Origin: PVC group bacterium
GTDB lineage: Bacteria; Omnitrophota; Gorgyraeia; B26-G9
Direction of reading: 5' to 3'
NCBI GenBank assembly: GCA_024231215.1
Contig: JAAEQR010000072.1
Location: 449,210 to 513,209 of the forward strand
DNA length: 64,000 nucleotides
Shown: positions 47,903 through 58,234 of the stretch, piece by piece
Layout of the letters: the number at the start of each line of letters is the position of its first letter
Numbering within the stretch: the first letter of the stretch is position 1
Position numbers and translations under genes: made by a program
The notes under the pieces: generated by a model
Told to the model about the DNA's origin: nothing
Databases searched by the model: none
The model's input: the letters and a program-made list of their open reading frames with translations, nothing else

Positions 47903-49530
47903 AGAAACTACTAATATTCGAAAAAATCAGAATATTTTTTAGCGACTTCTGGATGATTTTAACCATAGTGGCAACATTGAGTTTATTAATTGCCGCAGCA
48001 GTAGTTTTTATCGGAAAAATGGAATATTATGGCAGGGTAACGCTATTTGCGCATATGTCTTTGTTTGCGATCGTTGTATTGATCAGCGGGGTTTTTTCAG
48101 CTTTGGTCTATATTGCTCTTTTCTCCAATTCTTTTGGCAAAAGCAATAAAGATAAGCATTTGAACGTTAAAGATTTAAAAATTCCTTTTTCAAGTGTTAT
48201 CGGGATTGATGAGGCTAAACAAGAGGCCTTGGAATTGGTGCAACTTTTAAGAGATAGAACTTTGATTAAAAAAATCGGGGGCAAGGTGTTGCGTGGGATT
48301 TTAATGGTTGGTCCTCCTGGTTGTGGTAAGACATATTTAGCGAAGGCGATAGCCACAGAGGCGGGAATTCCTTTTCTAAGCATGGCTGGGAGTGAGTTTG
48401 TGGAGATATTTGTCGGAGTTGGAGCGCAGCGTATTCGGAAGGTTTTTAATAAAGCTAAGCGTTATGCTCGTTTTGAAGGAGCATGTATTATATTTATCGA
48501 TGAAATAGATGCGGTTGGGAGATCTAGGTCATTTAGCTTTATGGGGGGACAAGAAACCAATAATACTTTAAATCAGTTGTTGGTAGAAATGGATGGATTA
48601 TCCAGTAAAGAGCAAAATGTTATCGTGGTTGCTGCAACGAATGCCGAGGAATCTGTTTTAGACGCGGCATTATTGCGCCCGGGACGGTTTGATCGCAAGA
48701 TATACATTGATAGACCAAATCTTGAGGGTAGAGAACAATTATTTGAGTTCTACCTGAGTAAGGTTCGTTGCGATGAAACAATCGATGTCGGACGTTTAGC
48801 GCGAAAGGCTGTATACAAAACTCCTGCGGATATTGAAAACATAATAAAAGAAGCGGCTTTGATTGCTACCCGGAAAAAGAAAGAGGATATTGGATATAAA
48901 GAAATCAGCGAGGCTATGGAACGGATAGAATTAGGGATTAAACACAAACGCAAAATGACTAAACATGAAAGAGAGATGACGGCTTATCATGAATCCGGGC
49001 ATTTGGTTTCATTATATATTTTGCATCCTACAGATGATGTTTTTAAAGCATCGATAATTTCACGGCGGAACACTTTGGGAGTAGTCTATCATCAGCCAAG
49101 GGAAGAAATTTTTTGTGAAGATAGGGATCATTTGCTTGCAGATATTAAAGTTGGCTTAGCTGGATATGTGGCAGAAAAATTACGTTTTGGAGTTACTTCA
49201 AATGGGGTGACATCTGATTTTCAGCAAGCAATGAGGGTAGCGCATATGATGGTCTGGCGATTTGGGATGGGGATATCCGAGACATTGGGTGATTATACGG
49301 CTATCCCAAAATCACAGCTATCTGAATCAGTTAAGCAGCGTTTAAATGAAGAAACAAACCAGATTTTACAGGAATGTTTGAAAGACGTAGAAGATTTGCT
49401 GAAAAAAGAAAGACAAATCTTGGATAGATTCGCTAAAGAATTATTAGAAAAAGACGAATTAGAATACGATGATATAGAAGCTATTTTCAAGGAGTATGGA
49501 AAAACATCCATTCGGAATGAGAATTCTTAA
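47899..49530 (+). CDS. FtsH-like AAA+ zinc protease (short form)
   Basis: GPPGCGKT, FIDEID, LRPGRFDR, HESGH. Confidence 0.9.
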   Translation: MKKLLIFEKIRIFFSDFWMILTIVATLSLLIAAAVVFIGKMEYYGRVTLFAHMSLFAIVVLISGVFSALVYIALFSNSFGKSNKDKHLNVKDLKIPFSSVIGIDEAKQEALELVQLLRDRTLIKKIGGKVLRGILMVGPPGCGKTYLAKAIATEAGIPFLSMAGSEFVEIFVGVGAQRIRKVFNKAKRYARFEGACIIFIDEIDAVGRSRSFSFMGGQETNNTLNQLLVEMDGLSSKEQNVIVVAATNAEESVLDAALLRPGRFDRKIYIDRPNLEGREQLFEFYLSKVRCDETIDVGRLARKAVYKTPADIENIIKEAALIATRKKKEDIGYKEISEAMERIELGIKHKRKMTKHEREMTAYHESGHLVSLYILHPTDDVFKASIISRRNTLGVVYHQPREEIFCEDRDHLLADIKVGLAGYVAEKLRFGVTSNGVTSDFQQAMRVAHMMVWRFGMGISETLGDYTAIPKSQLSESVKQRLNEETNQILQECLKDVEDLLKKERQILDRFAKELLEKDELEYDDIEAIFKEYGKTSIRNENS

Positions 49531-50314
49531 ATTACTGTTTACTGGTATTCTTGTAGTGATTTTATGCAGCGGTTGCATGGCTCCGACTTATCCTAAGGAA
49601 GAGTTGATAGAATCATTAAAAAAGATTTGCAAACAAGATCATGAGATTGAAGCTCAAGCAAAGTTAATTGACAATACGCTGGTTGTTTTTCTGCCTCTGG
49701 AAAAGCTTTTTGACGAAAACTTTGAACTTCTTCCTGAAGCCATAACTAAAATAGAAAAAATTGTTATGGTAACATCAAGAATAATTTTTAGTACAGATGC
49801 GGAAATATCTTTTTTTATGGTTATCGCTGCAGATACAAAAGTGACTGCCGCAGAGCTTATTTTAATAAAGTATGTTGAGGATGTCTATAAGCTTATGCAT
49901 AGTTGGATAAGCACTGAGGAGTATCGTCGACGAGTCCTTTGGCAAATCAGTTTTGATCCGCGACTTTTAAAACATACTGATTTTGATTTTGATATTGAAC
50001 CTCTGACTTTACCTGTTTTCCTGACTAAGCAAATCGCGCAGCGTTTTAATGCTGTCGCGGGAAATTTTGGTGATGGTAAAGTAGGGATAGATGGTGAGTA
50101 TAAGGAAGATGAGAAAGTATTCTTTTTTTCTCTTGTTGCTGCAGATGATGAGGCTTTTTACGATGTTTTAGTTCCGAAAGTTTTAGAGACAACAGCTTCT
50201 GTATTAGAAAAATATAAGTTTAGCGATTTTGAAAAGGTAAATATAATAAATTTACTTACCCGGAAAACGATAATAGTTAATCGGGAAGAATTGAAGCAAT
50301 ATATTAAGAAATAA
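49517..50314 (+). CDS. Hypothetical lipoprotein
   Basis: MRILK...LCSGC lipobox; overlaps the upstream stop. Confidence 0.65.
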   Translation: MRILKLLFTGILVVILCSGCMAPTYPKEELIESLKKICKQDHEIEAQAKLIDNTLVVFLPLEKLFDENFELLPEAITKIEKIVMVTSRIIFSTDAEISFFMVIAADTKVTAAELILIKYVEDVYKLMHSWISTEEYRRRVLWQISFDPRLLKHTDFDFDIEPLTLPVFLTKQIAQRFNAVAGNFGDGKVGIDGEYKEDEKVFFFSLVAADDEAFYDVLVPKVLETTASVLEKYKFSDFEKVNIINLLTRKTIIVNREELKQYIKK

Positions 50315-50341
50315 AGATATAACAAGCAAAGGAGTGTAAAG

Positions 50342-51154
50342 GTGGAAATAGCAGAATTACAGAAAAAGGCTAAACAAATTCGTCGGCTTATAATTCAAAT
50401 GCTGGAAAAAGCTCGTTCGGGACATCCCGGGGGGTCGCTTTCGGCAACTGATATTATGACTTGTTTGTTTTTTAAAATAATGCGGCATAATGCCAAAGAA
50501 CCTCAGTGGCCGGACAGAGACAGATTTCATATGTCTAAAGGCCATTGTTGTCCGGTATGGTATGCGGTCTTAGCAGAATCCGGATACTTTCCAAAAGAAG
50601 AACTATGGAAATTACGCTGTGCCGGAGCGCTTTTGCAAGGGCATCCTGACGTGAAGGTTCCCGGGGTTGAGGTTGCTAGCGGTTCTTTAGGCCAAGGGCT
50701 TTCTGTTTCAGTGGGGATGTCTCTTGCCGGTAAGTTGGATAAGAAAAATTATCGTGTTTATTGTATGTTAGGTGACGGAGAGATTCAAGAAGGTAATGTG
50801 TGGGAAGCGGCGATGGCCGGAGCACATTTTAAATGCGATAATTTATGTGCGATACTTGATTACAATGGTTTTCAAATAGATGGTCCTGTGGAATATGTTA
50901 TGGGCTTAGAACCAGTTGCTGATAAATGGAAAGCTTTTGGTTGGCAGGTATTTGTAATCGATGGCCATAATATATCTGAGATTCTGGATGCCTTTGAACA
51001 AGTTAAACAGGTTAAAGGAAAGCCATCGATAATTATTGCTAATACGACAAAAGGTAAGAATGTTTCGTTTATGGAGAATGTTGTTGATTTCCATGGTCGG
51101 GCTCCGACTAAGGAAGAAGCAGAAATCGCATTAAAGGAGTTGTCTGATGATTAG
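50342..51154 (+). CDS. Transketolase, N-terminal (TPP-binding) subunit
   Basis: SGHPGGSLS, SKGH, GSLGQG, GDGE..EG. Confidence 0.95.
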   Translation: MEIAELQKKAKQIRRLIIQMLEKARSGHPGGSLSATDIMTCLFFKIMRHNAKEPQWPDRDRFHMSKGHCCPVWYAVLAESGYFPKEELWKLRCAGALLQGHPDVKVPGVEVASGSLGQGLSVSVGMSLAGKLDKKNYRVYCMLGDGEIQEGNVWEAAMAGAHFKCDNLCAILDYNGFQIDGPVEYVMGLEPVADKWKAFGWQVFVIDGHNISEILDAFEQVKQVKGKPSIIIANTTKGKNVSFMENVVDFHGRAPTKEEAEIALKELSDD

Positions 51155-52088
51155 TGATGAAAAGATGTATCAACGAGATGTTTATGGAAAGACATTAGTA
51201 GAGCTCGGTAAACAGAATGAGAATGTAGTTGTTCTGGATGCTGACTTGTCCGGGTCAACCCGTACTTCTTTTTTCTTTCGTGAATTTCCGGATCGGTTTT
51301 TTAACTTTGGTGTTGCTGAACAAAATATGATGGCAGCAGCAGCGGGACTTGCCAGCTGTGGCAAAACTGTTTTCGCCTCTACTTTTGCTATGTTTGCTAC
51401 AGGCAGAGCTTGGGATCAGGTGAGAAATTCCATTTGTTATAGCGGGATGAATGTTAAAGTTGTTGCTACGCACGCGGGAATAACGGTTGGGCCGGATGGA
51501 GCAACACATCAAGCTTTAGAAGATATTGCTTTGATGCGAATTATTCCGAACATGACAGTTATTGTTCCTTGTGACGGTCCGGAAACCAGAGATGCGGTAT
51601 TGGCAGCAGCAGTTTTAAAAGGTCCTGTATATATTCGTTTAGGACGTTCAAAATTTCCGACTATTACAAATAAAGAAAAATTTGAAATAGGCAAAGCCTA
51701 TCAATTAACGCAGGGAGAAGATATTACGATTTTTACTTGCGGATATATGGTTCATGCAGCGCTTATTGCTCAGCAAGAGTTAGTAAAAGAGGGGATTAAT
51801 TGTTCAGTTGTTAATATGCATACGATTAAGCCTCTGGATACTGGAATAATTGAGCAGACAGCCGCGAACTCAAAAGGGATTATTATCTGTGAAGAGCATT
51901 CGGTTATTGGCGGCCTAGGTTGTGCGATTGAAGGTATGCTTTCAAAAATCGCTTATAAAAATAAGGTATCAAGAATAGGTGTCCATAATAAATTCGGACA
52001 ATCGGGTGATCCAAAAGATCTACTTAAGATATACAACTTGCAACCGCAAGACATCATTGAGTCAGCAAGAGAAATTCTAAAAAAATAA
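51147..52088 (+). CDS. Transketolase, C-terminal subunit
   Basis: LDADL, GVAEQN, DGATHQ, EEH. Confidence 0.95.
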   Translation: MISDEKMYQRDVYGKTLVELGKQNENVVVLDADLSGSTRTSFFFREFPDRFFNFGVAEQNMMAAAAGLASCGKTVFASTFAMFATGRAWDQVRNSICYSGMNVKVVATHAGITVGPDGATHQALEDIALMRIIPNMTVIVPCDGPETRDAVLAAAVLKGPVYIRLGRSKFPTITNKEKFEIGKAYQLTQGEDITIFTCGYMVHAALIAQQELVKEGINCSVVNMHTIKPLDTGIIEQTAANSKGIIICEEHSVIGGLGCAIEGMLSKIAYKNKVSRIGVHNKFGQSGDPKDLLKIYNLQPQDIIESAREILKK

Positions 52089-52100
52089 AGAGGCATACTC

Positions 52101-52946
52101 GTGGTAACGCTTCAGGCTCCGGCAAAGATCAATTTATTTCTTGAAGTCTTAGGTAAAAGAAAAGATGGGTATCATAATTTAAATACGCTGTTTTTGAAAT
52201 TGCAGCTTTTTGATAAGATCAGCCTTACTCCTGCTAAAAGTGGAATTACCATATCCTGTGCACATCCTCAGGTTCCGGCTAGTTCGGACAATTTGGTTTG
52301 GAAAGCTGCAAATCTTTTCAGAAAATTCAGCGGCGTTGAGCAGGGAGTACATATAAACATAAAGAAGAATATTCCCGTTGCGGCAGGGTTAGGCGGCGGG
52401 TCTAGTGATGCTGCAGCTACGCTTATTGGTTTGAATAAGCTATGGGGAATAAAGGCTCAGAAACAGGATTTATTACGCATTGGAAAAAAGATAGGCGCAG
52501 ATGTGCCGTTATTTTTGATACCGGATGTCGCAGCTGTGGGCAAAGGCAGAGGTGATCGGCTTAGCCCTGTACCGTTATTGAAAAAAATGTGGATTGTTTT
52601 GATTATTCCGGCAATTTCTGTGTCCACAAAAGAGATTTTTGGCAATCTTCCGATAGGCTTGACAAACAAAAGAAATGATGTTAAACTGCTAATTCATGCT
52701 TTGAGAGAGGCAGATCCAGCAATTATTGGTAAGTATATATATAATCGTCTCGAGACTGTAACCTTTAGGAAACACAAGGCGTTAGCAACAATAAAAAGAA
52801 AAATTTCCGCCCTTGGCGTTAGGGCGGTTTTAATGTCTGGGAGTGGTTCTGTTATTTTTGGTATTGTGAAAACTAGAGAGGAGGCGATGTGCATCAAGCG
52901 TAGACTTCAGGACTGTGGAAAGGTAATGGTTGTAAAGAGTTTATAA
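52101..52946 (+). CDS. ispE: 4-diphosphocytidyl-2-C-methyl-D-erythritol kinase
   Basis: APAKINL, IPVAAGLGGGSSDAA, MSGSG. Confidence 0.96.
   Translation: MVTLQAPAKINLFLEVLGKRKDGYHNLNTLFLKLQLFDKISLTPAKSGITISCAHPQVPASSDNLVWKAANLFRKFSGVEQGVHINIKKNIPVAAGLGGGSSDAAATLIGLNKLWGIKAQKQDLLRIGKKIGADVPLFLIPDVAAVGKGRGDRLSPVPLLKKMWIVLIIPAISVSTKEIFGNLPIGLTNKRNDVKLLIHALREADPAIIGKYIYNRLETVTFRKHKALATIKRKISALGVRAVLMSGSGSVIFGIVKTREEAMCIKRRLQDCGKVMVVKSL
52659..52687 (+). promoter_or_regulatory. Putative internal promoter within ispE
   Basis: TTGACA-17 nt-TAAACT with an extended -10 TG. Confidence 0.5.
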
Positions 52947-52979
52947 CTATATACATCCTTGGAAAGGAGTGATTCGAAG

Positions 52980-53444
52980 ATGGAAGTTACAGAGGTTAGA
53001 GTCTTTTTACGGAATAAAGATAGCAATAAAAAATTAAAAGCATATGCTACAGTAACCATTGACAATTGTTTTGTTGTCAGAGATGTTAAAGTTATTGAGG
53101 GCAGCAAAGGACTTTTTGTTGCTATGCCATCTGCAAAGATGAAGTCCACATGTTCTAAATGCGGACATCGCAATGTGGTGCGTAGTAAATTTTGTAATCA
53201 ATGTGGCGGAGTTTTGGAACAACAGCCAATTCAGACTTCATCTAGTCCGGAAGAAAACCGTCAGACAGAACATAAAGATATTGCACATCCGATTACTCCG
53301 GATTGCAGAGAATATATACAGAAGAAGGTATTAGAAGCTTACGATGCGGAAATGGCCAATGCTCCTGTGGCGGAAACTTTCAGCCGGGATGCGGCACCGG
53401 AGGCAATAAGTGAAACAGAACCGGTAAAAGACGCTGAAGTATAA
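52980..53444 (+). CDS. spoVG: SpoVG family protein with an inserted zinc ribbon
   Basis: MEVTEVRV, GLFVAMPS, DIAHPI; insert CSKC...CNQC; SD AAGGAG before the ATG at 52980. Confidence 0.9.
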   Translation: MEVTEVRVFLRNKDSNKKLKAYATVTIDNCFVVRDVKVIEGSKGLFVAMPSAKMKSTCSKCGHRNVVRSKFCNQCGGVLEQQPIQTSSSPEENRQTEHKDIAHPITPDCREYIQKKVLEAYDAEMANAPVAETFSRDAAPEAISETEPVKDAEV

Positions 53445-53457
53445 ACGACTTCTTTAT

Positions 53458-53531
53458 TACCCGGTAGTGTAATGGCAACACATCAGCTTTTGGAGCTGAC
53501 TTTCCTGGTTCGAGCCCAGGCCGGGTAGCCA
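53458..53531 (+). tRNA. tRNA-Gln (UUG)
   Basis: Acceptor stem TACCCGG/CCGGGTA; anticodon arm TCAGC-TTTTGGA-GCTGA; T-loop TTCGAGC; encoded CCA. Confidence 0.95.
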
Positions 53532-53632
53532 TATTTTACCGGTCGGAATGAGAAAGCAGTTTCTATCGGCTGAACTTGAAAATTATCTAGTGAAATAGTG
53601 TATTGTTATTTCAAATTAGGATGAGAAAATAA

Positions 53633-54913
53633 ATGAAGAATTTAAATGCTGTTATTCTTGCGGCTGGTGAAGGTACGCGGATGAAATCAAATTGTCCGAA
53701 AATACTGCACAAGCTTGGTAGCAAGCCTATGCTTGGGCATGTGATGGATAATGTTCAGGCCGGAGGTATTAAAAACATTTTTGTGATTACCGGATATAAA
53801 TCTTCTATGGTAGAAACATATGTGGGCAAGAAAGCTAAATGTTTGCAGCAAAAGAAGTTATTAGGTACTGCGGATGCAGTTTGGCAGCTTAAAAACGAAG
53901 CAATATTGAAGAAAAAAGATGCTAAAATTTTAGTGATTTATGGAGATACTCCACTAATCAGTGCCCAAACAATACAGGATTTGCTTAAAACGCATGAAAG
54001 CAAAAAAGCTGGTTGTACATTATTAACGGTAAAAATAAAAGATCCAACCGGTTACGGAAGGATTGTACGTAATGGTGCGGGGAAAATAATAAAGATTGTA
54101 GAAGAAAATGATGCAGATGTTTATCAAAAAGCAATTGAAGAAATAAATGTCGGTTTGTATGTTTTTAATGTGCTGGAGCTTTTTGAGGCGATAAAAAGGA
54201 TTAAGCCGAATAATAAAAAGAAAGAATATTATTTGACTGATGTTATTGAGCAAATGCGCAAGAAAAACTTAGCGATAAATTCTGTGGAAACTATAGACCA
54301 AGATGAAATCCTTGGGGTGAATTCCCGGGTTGGCTTGGTACGTGCGTATGAGATCTGGCGTTTGCGTATAGTTGAGAATATTATTAATCAGGGAGTTACA
54401 ATTGTTGACCCAAAAACAACCTACATAGACGAAAATGTAAAAATAGGTAAAGATACAGTTGTTTATCCTTTTACTGTTATTGAGAAAGACGTAGTTATCG
54501 GTGAGGATTGTACAATTGGACCTTTTTGCCGGATTCGTGCCGGCTGTAAAGTTGCTGATGATGTTTCTCTGGGTAATTTTGTTGAACTTAATCGTTCCGA
54601 GGTGGGAAGCCATACCCGAATAAAACATCAGAGTTATATTGGCGATACCAAGGTTAGCCAAAAAGTTAATGTTGGTGCAGGTACTATCGTTGCAAATTAC
54701 GATGGCAAAAATAAAAATAAAACAATAATAGATACAGGGGCATTTATAGGTACAGGAACAATATTAGTAGCTCCGGTTAAAGTTGGTAAGCAAGCGATGA
54801 CTGGTGCGGGTGCAGTTGTGACAAAAAATAAAAATGTTCCGGATAAAGCCATAGTTGTGGGTGTTCCAGCTAAGATATTGAAAAAAGTAAAGAAAGTAAA
54901 GGGAAAAAGGTAG
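53633..54913 (+). CDS. glmU: Bifunctional UDP-GlcNAc pyrophosphorylase / acetyltransferase
   Basis: ILAAGEGTRMKS, YGDTP, GYGRI, EYYLTD, hexapeptide repeats, NYDG. Confidence 0.95.
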   Translation: MKNLNAVILAAGEGTRMKSNCPKILHKLGSKPMLGHVMDNVQAGGIKNIFVITGYKSSMVETYVGKKAKCLQQKKLLGTADAVWQLKNEAILKKKDAKILVIYGDTPLISAQTIQDLLKTHESKKAGCTLLTVKIKDPTGYGRIVRNGAGKIIKIVEENDADVYQKAIEEINVGLYVFNVLELFEAIKRIKPNNKKKEYYLTDVIEQMRKKNLAINSVETIDQDEILGVNSRVGLVRAYEIWRLRIVENIINQGVTIVDPKTTYIDENVKIGKDTVVYPFTVIEKDVVIGEDCTIGPFCRIRAGCKVADDVSLGNFVELNRSEVGSHTRIKHQSYIGDTKVSQKVNVGAGTIVANYDGKNKNKTIIDTGAFIGTGTILVAPVKVGKQAMTGAGAVVTKNKNVPDKAIVVGVPAKILKKVKKVKGKR

Positions 54914-54922
54914 GGACTAAAG

Positions 54923-55861
54923 ATGCAAGAGAAGTTGATGGTATTTAGTGGCAATGCTAATATGAAACTTTCCTGTGATATCTGTGAGTGTTTAGGTATT
55001 AAAAGGGGAGAGGCATTTGTCGGGCAATTTAGTGAAGGGGAAATACGTGTTAAAATTGATCAGAATGTGCGGGGGAAAGATGTTTTTGTGATTCAGCCTA
55101 CATGTCCGCCGTCAAATGACAGTTTAATGGAATTATTAATTCTTATGGATGCATTAGCACGGGCATCTGCAGGCAGATTAACTGCGGTGGTTCCTTTTTA
55201 TGGATATGCGCGACAGGATCGTAAAGATCAACCACGAGTACCGATTACTGCTAAGTTGGTGGCAAACTTATTAACTACAGCCGGAGCAAACAGGATATTA
55301 ACGGTTGATCTACATGCCGGACAAATTCAGGGATTTTTCGATATTCCGGTAGATCATCTTTTTGCTGCGCCGGTATTGATAGATTATTTTGAAAAGTATA
55401 AAAAAGAAGATGCGGTTGTTGTTGCGCCTGATGTGGGGGCAGTAAAAATGGCCCGGGCTTTTGCTAAAAGGTTAGAGGTGCCGTTAGGGATAGTTGATAA
55501 ACGTCGTATAGATGCCTCTAGCGCGGAAGTTATGAATATCCTGGGAGAAGTAGAGGGTAAAACCGTAATTATTATCGATGATATGATTGCTACAGCAGGT
55601 TCTATAACCGAAGCGGCAAATGCAATAAAAAAGAAAGGTGCAAAGAAAGTTGTTGCAGGGGTAACTCATGGAATTTTTTCAGGGCCCGCATTAGAACGAA
55701 TTGATAAGAGTGCATTAGAAGAAGTCGTAGTAACAGATACTATTCCAATAAATAATGGTAATACCCATTATAAAATAAAAGTGTTAGGTGTAGCGAGTTT
55801 ACTTGCCGAAGCGATAAAAAGAATACATAACGAAGAGTCGGTAAGTTCTTTATTCGTGTGA
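54923..55861 (+). CDS. prs: Ribose-phosphate pyrophosphokinase
   Basis: GYARQDRK, DLHAGQIQGFF, IDDMIATAGS. Confidence 0.97.
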   Translation: MQEKLMVFSGNANMKLSCDICECLGIKRGEAFVGQFSEGEIRVKIDQNVRGKDVFVIQPTCPPSNDSLMELLILMDALARASAGRLTAVVPFYGYARQDRKDQPRVPITAKLVANLLTTAGANRILTVDLHAGQIQGFFDIPVDHLFAAPVLIDYFEKYKKEDAVVVAPDVGAVKMARAFAKRLEVPLGIVDKRRIDASSAEVMNILGEVEGKTVIIIDDMIATAGSITEAANAIKKKGAKKVVAGVTHGIFSGPALERIDKSALEEVVVTDTIPINNGNTHYKIKVLGVASLLAEAIKRIHNEESVSSLFV

Positions 55862-55879
55862 AAAAAGGAGAGGTGAATT

Positions 55880-56554
55880 GTGGAACGAGCAGTATTAAAT
55901 GCAGAAATCAGAAGTGAAGCGGGAAAATCCGCTGCGAGAAAATTTAGAGGACAGGGATTAATTCCCGGAGTTGTTTACGCAAAAGATAAAGAACCGGTAC
56001 CTGTAAGTACTAATAGCCGGGAATTTGTTAAGCTGTTGCATAAATATGGTGAAAACGCAATTATTGATTTGAAGGTCAAAAAAGAAGATAAAACGCTTGA
56101 TAAAAACGTAATCATCAAAGAGATTCAATACAATACACTTAAGGGCGATGTTCTGCATATAGATTTTCAGCAGATAAAACTTACCGAAAGTATTAAGGTT
56201 AATGTTCCTTTGGTGACCAAAGGAGACGCTGATTGTCCGGGAGTCAAAGAAGGTGGTATTTTAGAGCATATCCTGCGTGAAGTAGAAGTTGAATGTTTAC
56301 CGACACAGATTCCGCATGAAATAACTATTGATGTTGCGGCTTTAAATATCAATGATTCTATACATGTTAAAGATCTTGTTGTTCCAGAAGGAGTAAAAAT
56401 TACTACTGAGGCAGAAAAAATCGCTGTTTTAGTTAAGTTTGAGGCAGAAAAAATAGAGGAAGAAGAAAAGCCAGAAGAAGAAGGCGCAGCGGCTGAACCT
56501 GAAGTCATAAATCAGAAAAAACCTGAAGAAGGCTCTGCCGAGGAGAAAAAATAG
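55880..56554 (+). CDS. rplY: 50S ribosomal protein L25/Ctc
   Basis: IPGVVY, HIDF, GVKEGG; acidic tail. Confidence 0.95.
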   Translation: MERAVLNAEIRSEAGKSAARKFRGQGLIPGVVYAKDKEPVPVSTNSREFVKLLHKYGENAIIDLKVKKEDKTLDKNVIIKEIQYNTLKGDVLHIDFQQIKLTESIKVNVPLVTKGDADCPGVKEGGILEHILREVEVECLPTQIPHEITIDVAALNINDSIHVKDLVVPEGVKITTEAEKIAVLVKFEAEKIEEEEKPEEEGAAAEPEVINQKKPEEGSAEEKK

Positions 56555-56562
56555 TCTCTTAA

Positions 56563-57138
56563 ATGAAGCTGATTGTTGGGTTAGGAAATCCGGGGATTCG
56601 TTATAAGCGTACGAAGCATAATGCGGGGTTTTGGGTTATAGATGAACTAGCAAAACAAGAAAGTGTTAGTTTGCAAAAACGCCGGTTTAATGCGATCTGG
56701 GCTGAACATAGATTAGGAAGAGAGAAAGTTTTTTTTGTAAAACCTTTGACATATATGAATTTAAGCGGCAAGGCGGTTAGAGGCTTTGTTGATTATTTTA
56801 AAATTTCAATTGATAATATATTAGTTATCTTTGATGATGTTAGTTTAAAGTTAGGAACAATCAGATTGCGCGCTACCGGTAGTGCCGGAGGACATAACGG
56901 CGTTCGTTCGTTAATTGATAGTTTAGGTACTGATTCTTTTGCACGTTTGCGATTAGGGATACGAACTGAAGAGAATTCTTCAGAGTTGTCTGATTATGTG
57001 CTAAGTTCTTTTAAAAGCAAAGCAGATGAGGTTATTGTTCGTGATATGGTGCAAAATGCAAAAGGAGCGGTGTTTAGCTGGGTAAAAGAAGGAGTAACAT
57101 TTGCGATGAATAAATATAATAAGAAAGGGGATACTTGA
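56563..57138 (+). CDS. pth: Peptidyl-tRNA hydrolase
   Basis: GLGNPG, HNAGF, YMNLSG, GGHNG. Confidence 0.97.
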   Translation: MKLIVGLGNPGIRYKRTKHNAGFWVIDELAKQESVSLQKRRFNAIWAEHRLGREKVFFVKPLTYMNLSGKAVRGFVDYFKISIDNILVIFDDVSLKLGTIRLRATGSAGGHNGVRSLIDSLGTDSFARLRLGIRTEENSSELSDYVLSSFKSKADEVIVRDMVQNAKGAVFSWVKEGVTFAMNKYNKKGDT

Positions 57139-57141
57139 GTT

Positions 57142-57426
57142 ATGAATGATTACGAGGCGATTTTTATTTTGAAGGCAACCTTGAGTAATGAAGCTCTAGA
57201 AACAGCGGTAGAAGGTATAAAAGGAGTGATTACTAAAAATAAAGGTGAGGTTACCCAATCCCAATCTTGGGGCAAAAGAAAGTTGGCGTATCTAATACAA
57301 AAACAAGCTGAAGGAGTATATTACTTATTTGATTTTAAACTGGCTGCGACTGCGGTTAAAAAAATTGAAAGTGTTTTTAAAATCAATGATTTAATTTTGA
57401 GAACATTAATTGTTAGGAAGGTATAG
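57142..57426 (+). CDS. rpsF: 30S ribosomal protein S6
   Basis: YE..FI, WGKRKLAY.I; rpsF-ssb-rpsR synteny. Confidence 0.95.
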   Translation: MNDYEAIFILKATLSNEALETAVEGIKGVITKNKGEVTQSQSWGKRKLAYLIQKQAEGVYYLFDFKLAATAVKKIESVFKINDLILRTLIVRKV

Positions 57427-57428
57427 AT

Positions 57429-57896
57429 ATGGCGAATTTGAATAAAGTTTTATTGATGGGTAATTTGACTCGGGATCCAGAGCTTCGTTATGCACCGAAT
57501 GGTTCGGCTGTAACGACATTTTCAGTGGCTATGAGCCGTGTTTTTAATAATGCTGCCGGAGAAAAAAAAGAAGATGTTTGTTATGTTCGGGTGGTATGCT
57601 GGGCTCGTTTAGCTCAAACTTGCAGCGAATATTTATTTAAAGGACGTCCTGTATTTGTGGAAGGAAGACTTCAGAGTCGTTCTTGGCAAGCTCAAGACGG
57701 AACAAAGCGTAATACAATTGAAGTGATTGCGCAAAATGTACAATTTTTAGGTAAAGGAAAAACACAGGATTCATCTTCAGTTCCAGATGCTTCTGCAATG
57801 GGAGTAGGCATGCCGGAATCAAGCGATGCTTTAGGCGGGGTGAATTTTGATGGAATGGCAGTACAGGCGAAACAGGATGAAGAGGTCCCATTTTAA
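57429..57896 (+). CDS. ssb: Single-stranded DNA-binding protein
   Basis: NKVLLMGNLTRDPELR; C-terminal EEVPF. Confidence 0.97.
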   Translation: MANLNKVLLMGNLTRDPELRYAPNGSAVTTFSVAMSRVFNNAAGEKKEDVCYVRVVCWARLAQTCSEYLFKGRPVFVEGRLQSRSWQAQDGTKRNTIEVIAQNVQFLGKGKTQDSSSVPDASAMGVGMPESSDALGGVNFDGMAVQAKQDEEVPF

Positions 57897-57927
57897 TTTG
57901 GATTAATAATAAAGGAGCATGTGAAAA

Positions 57928-58203
57928 ATGGCATTTGGTAAGTCAGGTGGTAGGAATGTTAAGAAGGTACGGAAAGATAGGAAGAAAACTGGGTTTTTGC
58001 GAAAACGGCAGTGTCGTTTTTGTCTGGAAAAAGCGCAAAATATCGATTATAAAGATATTAATCGCTTAGCTAAATTTGTAACTGAGCGGGGTAAAATTGT
58101 TCCTTCTCGAGCGAGTGGTGTTTGTGCAAAACATCAGAGAAAATTGGCGCAGGCAGTAAAAAGGGCTAGATACGTTGCATTGTTGCCCTATGCCGCAGAA
58201 TAG
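57928..58203 (+). CDS. rpsR: 30S ribosomal protein S18 (Zn-binding type)
   Basis: CRFC, IDYKD, ERGKI, CAKHQR. Confidence 0.96.
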   Translation: MAFGKSGGRNVKKVRKDRKKTGFLRKRQCRFCLEKAQNIDYKDINRLAKFVTERGKIVPSRASGVCAKHQRKLAQAVKRARYVALLPYAAE

Positions 58204-58234
58204 CAGATTGTAGACGAAAACGAGGTATATAAAT

